A DNA stretch of 64,000 nt from Octopus sinensis (taxonomy: Eukaryota). Under the pieces are notes generated by a model. That model was not told the origin of the DNA. It saw nothing but the letters and a program-made list of their open reading frames with translations, and ran no database searches. Every line of letters begins with the position of its first letter. Position 1 is the first letter of the stretch. Location of the stretch: the NCBI RefSeq assembly GCF_006345805.1, contig NC_043025.1:2046001-2110000 (forward strand), written 5' to 3'. Positions 55,940 through 64,000 of this stretch are shown in pieces. The position numbers were made by a program, and so were the translations under genes.

Positions 55940-56039
55940 CATGTGTGTATATATATATTGTTTGCAATGCTCTCTCTCCCTCTCCCCCTCCCCTTCTCTC
56001 TCTCTCTGACACACACACACAAATGGAATCAAAAACCAC

Positions 56040-56313
56040 GACATGAAGGAAAAGAATAAAAGAGAGCACTTTTGGCGAGTGATCAAAAAATTGGTTCGAA
56101 AGCTGAATGCCTGGAACATAATTTCGGCGATAAACTCGCACGCAGGCGCAGAAGTTCGGAATGACGCTGGAAAACTGAAGTGGACAGAGAAGAAGCTAAA
56201 GGAGTTGGACAGGAAGTCAAGAAAGGTCCTATCGATGTATGGAACAAATCATCCATGTGCAGGCATTGATAGCCGATACACGAAGAGAGCGAAAGGAAGA
56301 AAGGGACTGATAA

Positions 56314-56315
<2 letters not shown>
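56040..56315 (+). mobile_element. Non-LTR retrotransposon RT-thumb fragment
   Basis: KLNAWNIISAINSHA...WTEKKLKELDRKSRKVLSMYG..HP....R.Y.KR..GRKGLIS. Confidence 0.75.
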
Positions 56316-56349
<34 letters not shown>

Positions 56350-56595
56350 TATTATTTGAGGGAATAAAATCCAAACTTACAAGGAAAAAATTCAATTTAG
56401 AAATACTAAATCAAATTTCACACAATATAATATATATATAAAATATTAGAAAAAAATCCGTTTATCAATTACACTATCTAGAAAATTACATATAATAGAA
56501 ATATAAAAATCAAAATAACAATAAAATATCAATGATTAAGTAAATTGCAAAAAAATAATAACAATAATAAAAACGTATATAATAGGTAGAATAAG

Positions 56596-56635
<40 letters not shown>

Positions 56636-56850
56636 TCAGGGTGACTACTTGATAAATGTAAGCACCTGTATAGGAGATAGGATATATGTATCAAAAGAAA
56701 AACAGGACGCAAAGGATATTGCGGTACATATGTTTCGGTCTTTATTGAACAACTCATTCTTATATCAATGCATAATTGATATAACAGATAGATCAAAAGC
56801 CTTCTTCAGCCGCGTACAGTTACCACACCAAAGACATGGCTTTCGTGTGG

Positions 56851-56899
<49 letters not shown>

Positions 56900-57024
56900 T
56901 GTATTTTTAAGTGTATATGTGATTATGAATGTATATTTTTTATCTACGTATGTGGGTTTTATGTGCGTGTATGACATGTGTCTCATTTATAAACGCAGTG
57001 ATTATTTTCTATATCTATCCATAG

Positions 57025-57107
57025 GCTGGACCAAATCCTTCGTATTTCGTTTGATTTTTAAAAAGTTCAACGGATATAAAATCCCTGCTGAGAACATATC
57101 AAGAGCC
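57025..57107 (+). CDS. SEA-like domain, exon 1 (phase 1-0)
   Basis: tctatccatag|...gcc|gtgagt; GWTKSFVFRLIFKKFNGYKIPAENISRA. Confidence 0.78.
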
Positions 57108-58023
57108 GTGAGTAGATATCTGCCCTCTCTCTCTTTTTCTACGCACACAGACGCGCGTGCGCGCACACACATGCACTGACCATGCGCATACATGCATACA
57201 CATACACACACACATGCATATTTAATAGAAGAAATGTGAAACGCCAAATAAATAGTAAGGTTTCATGAAATTCAGACAACTCCATTTACTGATAGTAAAC
57301 TATTACATAAAACTTTCATTTTAAACTTTCTGAATTTTTGCTGGTCAATAAAAAGACTGTTCTATCCACTATTTTGTCTTTATATAAACCGTGAGATAAT
57401 TTCCGATTCTGACAGTAAATAAAATCCTACTCAAATATTCACTAATCTTATGTTTACACACACACACATATGTAATCACACACTTCCTTTTGGTAATATT
57501 TTTCTTCTCTCAACATTTTCGTTTTCCTTTCTGACAAAGAGATATGCTCGGAACATTAAAAACCCTCTCATTTCCCCCACTTTACCGAGTGTCAAGCTAA
57601 TATATTTAAATATAATTATATTCTCAAACGCAGGATAATGCTAATAGTATAGCATGAACACGATAAACTACTCACCTGTTGCCGAAAACTCTATCGGCGG
57701 CCAGATTACGCGTCTTATAAAGCTAGATGTATATAGCCTAACTTTGCAGAAGTATTTGTCGTTCGCGCAGTTTAGCTTAATGGTAAAGCACTTAAAGCCT
57801 AATCACAGGGGTGTGAGTTGTAGTCACATAGCTGGCCGCCGACAGATTTTTCTGCAAATTATGGATATTTCATCCGGTTCACGTTATATCATTAGCATTA
57901 CCCTGCGTTTCAGAATAAAATTATTTCGTTATTTTTCAATACACCTCAACGCTTTTAAATCAAACTTTGTTTCTTGAATTTAATGTATGTATATATCTAT
58001 ATACACACATCCGGCTTTTGCAG

Positions 58024-58076
58024 ATGGAGCATGACCTTTCAACCGTGACGGGAACATTTAGAGTTGAAGACTGTGG
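58024..58076 (+). CDS. SEA-like domain, exon 2 (phase 0-2)
   Basis: ttttgcag|...gg|gtaagc; MEHDLSTVTGTFRVEDC(G). Confidence 0.75.
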
Positions 58077-58375
58077 GTAAGCAAATGCTTCTAACACATT
58101 TATTCAAATTTATTTGGTTTTGTTCCAAACATTCGATTTTATCGCATGTATTATACGTCACAATAATCAAAAGCGTTGTACTTGTGACCCACAATATACT
58201 AATTCATACATTCAATGAAATGTTTAAGTGTTTTATCAATGTTTTATTATACAAAGGACAAACAAAGCCATATAAAGATACAGAGAGAACTATATATATA
58301 CTAGAAATATTAAAATTACTAAGTATCTATAAAAGAGATTACAGCAGCGTTTACTGGAAATTAATTGTTATCGCC

Positions 58376-58406
<31 letters not shown>

Positions 58407-58434
58407 TACATACATACATACTTATATATATATA

Positions 58435-58674
58435 CACCAATCTGACCGTGGACGTTGACAGCCTCGCCTGGCACCTGTGCAGGTGGCACGTAAAAAGCAC
58501 CCACTACACTCACGGAGTAGTTGGCGTTAGGAAGGGCATCCAGCTGTAGAAACATTGCCAGATAAGACTGGTGCCTCGTGCAACCTTCTGGCTTCCCAGA
58601 TCCCCGGTCGAACCGTCCAACCCATGCAAGCATGGAGAACGGACGTTAAACGATCATGATGATGATGATGATGA

Positions 58675-58680
<6 letters not shown>
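58435..58680 (+). mobile_element. SINE 3' portion with RTE-like tail and (GAT)n end
   Basis: ...ggcgttaggaagggcatccagctgtag...aacccatgcaagcatggagaacggacgttaaacgatcatgatgatg. Family assignment is from recall. Confidence 0.65.
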
Positions 58681-58725
<45 letters not shown>

Positions 58726-58997
58726 CATACATACATATATATACATACGCATTGAGTCAAAAGAGGGGCAGCTGCAGAAGGGGAATGTTCCTTGTATTGT
58801 TTGTCTTGTACTCTGTTTTTTCGTTGTTGAAAAGAGTCCGTTTCCTTGTTTGATTTTATGTTTTCGTTTCTCGTTGTGTTCTACGTTTATTTGTGGTGTC
58901 CTGTACTCATATATGCATGTATATATACATATAGATGTAGGTATGTACATATATGTATGTATGTATGCATATGTTTTATTTATTAAATTGTTGTATA

Positions 58998-59055
<58 letters not shown>

Positions 59056-59525
59056 TATATAGAGATACATATACATACACACATATATATACACACATAT
59101 ATATACACACACATATATGGGTGTGTATATGTATATAAATTGAGGTGGCTATCGGCAATTTGAAACCAACAAGGAAATAATTTACAGTCACTAAGTGTGA
59201 AAAGAGTGCAGTGAGCACCAGCATTGTTAGAAATATTAGTCACATACTCCTTAGCCACAAAAAGACATATGGTCTCTTTGCATTGACAGGGGTGGGGACA
59301 ACATTCCCCACCGTAAGCGAGATGGAATAGATTAGCATGGTAACTTCTTATAGGAAGTTAATACTCATCAGCAATGCTCACTCCATTACGGCTGGTGGAG
59401 GCTAACTCCCGCCTGTCGGTATCACTGAGAATGCCATAAGAATGAGTGATTGATTTCACAAAATGGCAATGTGAAGATTATAAAATATTTAACGAGGCTA
59501 ACACACAATTTAAAACCAACGAGGA

Positions 59526-59577
<52 letters not shown>

Positions 59578-59582
59578 GTATG

Positions 59583-59677
<95 letters not shown>

Positions 59678-60189
59678 GATATATATACATATATAAAGTG
59701 AATATAAAAAATTATACATTGAGTGAAGACCATTATGTGGATTTCTTAGTGGACGAATATATTCGTAAGACCAACTTTTAGTCACCCGCTTGTTGTTCTA
59801 GCCTTCTTCACTAATTCTGTTCTCAACCATACTGAATGCGCTTTTTTTAGCTATGATGATCGAATCCTAAGCTATATTTGAATATAGTGATAGAAAACGA
59901 TGTGAAAGACAGTGGTGATGGTTGTGGAGGGGGAAGTGATGAAAAGTATTGAAGGTGATGGCGTCAGAAGTCTGGATGGCGTGTGTATTGCAGATATGGT
60001 GGCGATGGTGGTGGTACTGTTGTTTATCATATAGCTTTGCAAAAGTTCCAAGTCGACAAAATATATCATTGCTTTGATGAAAATTGTTCATTGCTTGAAA
60101 AGATTGTTCAGGTTTCATGAAATTTAATATGTACTCAATGCATGGTGTCATTGTTGGGCCCAAGGATCAATAGGGCGGCTTTTAAACGA

Positions 60190-60227
<38 letters not shown>

Positions 60228-60310
60228 ATGTATGTATATTTCTATCTATCTAGCTAGTTTCTACATACATACATACCGACATACATATTATGTATTTATT
60301 ATTATTTCAG

Positions 60311-60465
60311 CTCGAACAGAATTAAAATATTTGCTATTTACTGTACAGTATTTAGCGAAATGACTGAAAGTCAACTGCGGCGCAATATCTCCCAAGTTTT
60401 GAACAAATCCCAGGAATTGCATAACTTAGGAGTTCCGCAAAGTCACATGACGTTCATTGACGAAA
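60311..60465 (+). CDS. SEA-like domain, exon 3 (phase 2-1)
   Basis: ttatttcag|...a|gtaagt; SNRIKIFAIYCTVFSEMTESQLRRNISQVLNKSQELHNLGVPQSHMTFIDE. Confidence 0.8.
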
Positions 60466-61369
60466 GTAAGTATCGTGTTTCTTATTATTTTACCATCATT
60501 ACCGTCATAATTACCATCCTCTTCATCGTTGTCGTCATCATCAACCACAGTGGATGATACCATAGGACACGCACGCGCGCACATGGACTCACACACACAC
60601 ACACACAGACTCTCCCCTCTCACACACAACTATTTATTTATATTTTCTCGAAGCTTCGATGATTTCAATAAATCAACATTTTATTTTGCACTTCAGTTCT
60701 TGTTCAGCTTCTTTTTAATTATACCAATTAACCAATGGCAAAAATGTTTTTCTTCTTATTTCGTATAGAAGTAGAAGATGCAGACTCTACTGGGCAGAAT
60801 AATTCACACAATTCCAGTACTTGCTTTAATTCAAACAGGAAATATATTTAGTGCTGCAAATAATTTTCCTCAGCGAAAATTCATTTCGTACGAAGTGATC
60901 AAGTTAATTTTTACATTAGGATCGATAGATACACACACAGCTTATACGCTTTAACCAATGCCTAAGAGATATACAAGAGGAACAAAGTATATCCCATTGC
61001 CGAACAATGATATATTTTCAATTCGTTTCCATTCATTTCATTTAACCACCGCCAAATCAATATAACGTCTGCCTAGTTATAGCGTACTTTAGGTTTTGTT
61101 CTTCCGGTCAGTATGTCTAAAGAGTGATCAATATATTGACGAAATGCAACAATAGTGGGCGCGAAACAGACTAGCATTCTGATTAGTCATAACCCGTAAC
61201 CAGTTATATATTGCTCGAGAAAATATAAAAAATATATATACATATACACACACCTCTATTTCGGGATGGCAATTTATTTATAATTTTTCAAGAATATATA
61301 AGTAAATATATATTTAGAAGCATACATACATACATACATATATATATATACATATATACATATATACAC

Positions 61370-61435
<66 letters not shown>

Positions 61436-62134
61436 TAAATTAGAGATAAAACCACTATTAGGCAAATCAAACGGTGAAAAACATAAACCAAATAAAAATA
61501 AAAATAATTAATATAATATACAAAATATATAAAATATAAAATATAAAATTTAAAATTTAAATTATTTAGATTTAAAATTAAAATTATTATTTTATATTTA
61601 TAAATCTTTATGAATTTTAATTTTTTTTAATTAAAAAGTTTAATATAAGATATATATAAATATATATATATATAATCTACAGGATATCAAGTAGTTATCC
61701 AGTTTCAAGCAGCGTAATTTAATTGAACAATAGAATCATTACATCAATTTAAATGCAATGCCATCTTCAGCTGCATAAATAAAGAAATAGAATTTTAATA
61801 AGTAGGACACTTTGATGTAATTTTTCTCAAATATTTTAACAGAGCAAAAGATGGAGAAATTCATGTTGTCGCTATTCTAGTTAAGAATAGACTACTCTTC
61901 CAAGAATTGCATGGAGCCTGTTTGGGGGTGGGGCATAGTGCTGTAAGGGATTGTAATTAATTTCTAAATCATTTATCTCTCTATAAACTACCAAATGAAA
62001 ACGTAGAAATCTATTTTGAATAAATATATGCTCTCCGTATATGTTTGCAACACTTCAGGTATCATTGTCCTCAAATCAGCCAGCAGGTCCAAACAATTTA
62101 TTTCCAACGTTAACTACTGCTTCTGCTACTACGA

Positions 62135-62198
<64 letters not shown>

Positions 62199-62247
62199 AA
62201 CTACTACTACTGGCTTCTCTCATGTCCATATTTTGCTTCTTTTTCAG

Positions 62248-62362
62248 TGGTTTGTGATGAAAGCACAACATCAACTAACAATGGAACTTTCTCTTGGCCA
62301 ATGACAAAAATAGGAACTACTGCAGAGATCCCATGTCATGGAAATGTAGCCACAAGGCATTG
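62248..62362 (+). CDS. Hormone-receptor-motif (HRM) exon of adhesion-GPCR type (phase 1-2)
   Basis: tttttcag|...tg|gttcgt; VCDESTTSTNNGTFSWPMTKIGTTAEIPCHGNVATRH(C). Matches the C-x-E...G.F.WP.T..G..A...C pattern of ADGRA-like HRM domains. Confidence 0.88.
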
Positions 62363-62689
62363 GTTCGTTTGTATTAATTTATGTCTACTCAAAGTTTGAA
62401 GCTTTCAGCGCCATCCTATTGTGAGAGAATGTTACTTGGTAGAGCAGATAACAGCTTTATAGATTAACACGATAGAATTAAACGTCCATCGGTTGCAATC
62501 TCTTGTCCCACCATTTTTACATTTTATACATTATTTGATATAATTTAGCCTTGTCCTAATTACCTAGATTTGCTTTGTCGCCAATATTATACAAAGCTTT
62601 CATTTCATTGGTTTTTATGTTCTGAGTTCAAATTCCGCTAAGGTCGACTTTGCGTTTAATTTTTTCTCAGGTCGTTGAAATAAATACCT

Positions 62690-62915
62690 ATTTCTTTATT
62701 ACCCACAAGGAGCTAAACACAGAGGGGACAAACAAGGACAGACATAGGTATTAAGTCGATTACATCGACCCCAGTGCGTAACTGGTACTTAATTTATCGA
62801 CCCCGAAAGGATGAAAGGCAAAGTCGACCTCGGCGGAATTTGAACTCACAACGTAACGCAGACGAAATCCCACTAAGCATTTCGCCTGGCGTGCTAACGT
62901 TTCTGCCAACTCGCC
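62690..62915 (-). mobile_element. tRNA-derived SINE (related copies or fragments at ~26130-26270, ~43110-43295, ~50670-50860, ~62600-62690, ~63030-63230)
   Basis: Minus strand reads ggcgagttggcagaaacgttagcacgccaggcgaaatgc...gagttcaaattccgccgaggtcgactttgcctttcatcctttcggggtcgataaattaagtaccag. Confidence 0.85.
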
Positions 62916-64000
62916 GTTGAAATAAAAACCAATTGAGCACTGGGGTTGGTGTAAACGACTCATCCCTTCCCCTGAAATTGCTGGCATTGTGCCAAAATTT
63001 GAAACCAATATTAGACAAGTCTTTATGGTGGAGAGCTGGCAGAATCGTTATGGCACCGGACAAAATGCTCAGCAGCATTTTTCCGACTTTACATTCTGAG
63101 ATCAAATGCCACCAGGGTCGACTTTGTCCTTCATCCTTTCCGGATTGATAAAATAAATACCAATTAACCACTGGCGATCTATGTAATCCCAAAATATCTA
63201 GCCTTATTCCAAAATTTGAAATCAGTATTATACAAAGATTTAAAGATTCTTCTAAGAATTTCACAAAATAATTGTAGGAAAGAAAGCACATACCTAGATA
63301 CAGCCAATAGAATCTATCGGTGATTCTGTTGGTTTCAGGCTAATACTATTTATTCAATTTTATGATTACTGTAGAGCTATATATCTTGCTAGTACATGAT
63401 GGTCATCCTGGGATTTCACTCATCACAGACTATGTTACACGGTCTCTCTTCTCTCATTTCTACCACGTCACTCCACAGGTTAAGCATCTAAATTGTTCCT
63501 CCCAGAGGCTGAGCTTTATTAGTTTTAAGACAAGACCAACTGGTGGAATCACTCAAATCTGTGCATATGTAGGAAAATATACATAAATCCATTGCTGCCG
63601 CTGTTGCTACCGATGTCTATGGTGGCGAAATATTAGCAACTAATTCCCCCATTTAACTTGAACTAACAACCTGGTTCCTTAATATTGCATCACCTACACC
63701 GTTCCAACTAATCTTGTATTGAATAATCATAAAAACAACAAATTATTGTAAATAAAAGCAGATGCAGGAATATTGTTTTTATATCTGAACTCTAGTTAGA
63801 AGATATTTGACATTACGTTTGAGGATAGGGGTCAGGAGTAAATTATAGATTTCTTCCCTAAATGCAAGACACCAGTTATCCTTCTTTCACTAAATTATGA
63901 GTTCAAATCACGACCAGATCGAAGGTTTCCTATATTCCTCTGAGACTGATGAAATTCTCCGAAGAATGAATAAACTCGACTGACAATATTTAACATTTAT

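Noticed and set aside
59266-59418. Imperfect hairpin with gacagg...cctgtc ends
   Set aside because: The pairing is too loose to call a MITE or structured RNA without other copies.
62041-62304. Poly-Thr 'mucin stalk' ORF just before the HRM exon
   Set aside because: It is an intronic (TAC)n microsatellite in a different frame from the HRM, upstream of the clear acceptor at 62247.

Overview
Eukaryotic, AT-rich genomic DNA dense in microsatellites and transposons. The SINE and LINE families recalled suggest an octopod cephalopod (inference, no database search). Most ORFs in the supplied track are microsatellite artefacts. The main content is one spliced + strand gene whose coding exons run from 15298 to at least 62362. 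Read by hand from the splice sites, the phase-compatible chain is: signal peptide + LRRNT, five clean 72-bp LRR exons (plus a sixth damaged one), a damaged LRRCT-like exon, three tandem two-exon 12-Cys Ly6/uPAR (three-finger, CC-x4-CN) modules, a three-exon SEA-like ferredoxin-fold domain, and a hormone-receptor-motif (HRM) exon. This predicts an adhesion-GPCR-type receptor with an LRR-(LU)3-SEA-HRM ectodomain; GAIN and 7TM would lie beyond the window. The LRR array grew by duplication of exon modules bounded by (CTT)n tracts. The three-finger array grew by ~7.56-kb tandem duplications, and copy 3 carries a sharply hypervariable loop-1 patch. Around and inside the gene are Tc1, mariner and hAT relics, a pile-up of R4/Dong-type LINEs in (TAA)n arrays, Penelope-like fragments, SINEs, a MITE and a 135-bp-arm fold-back palindrome. 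Several exon indels sit in homopolymers and may be assembly errors.
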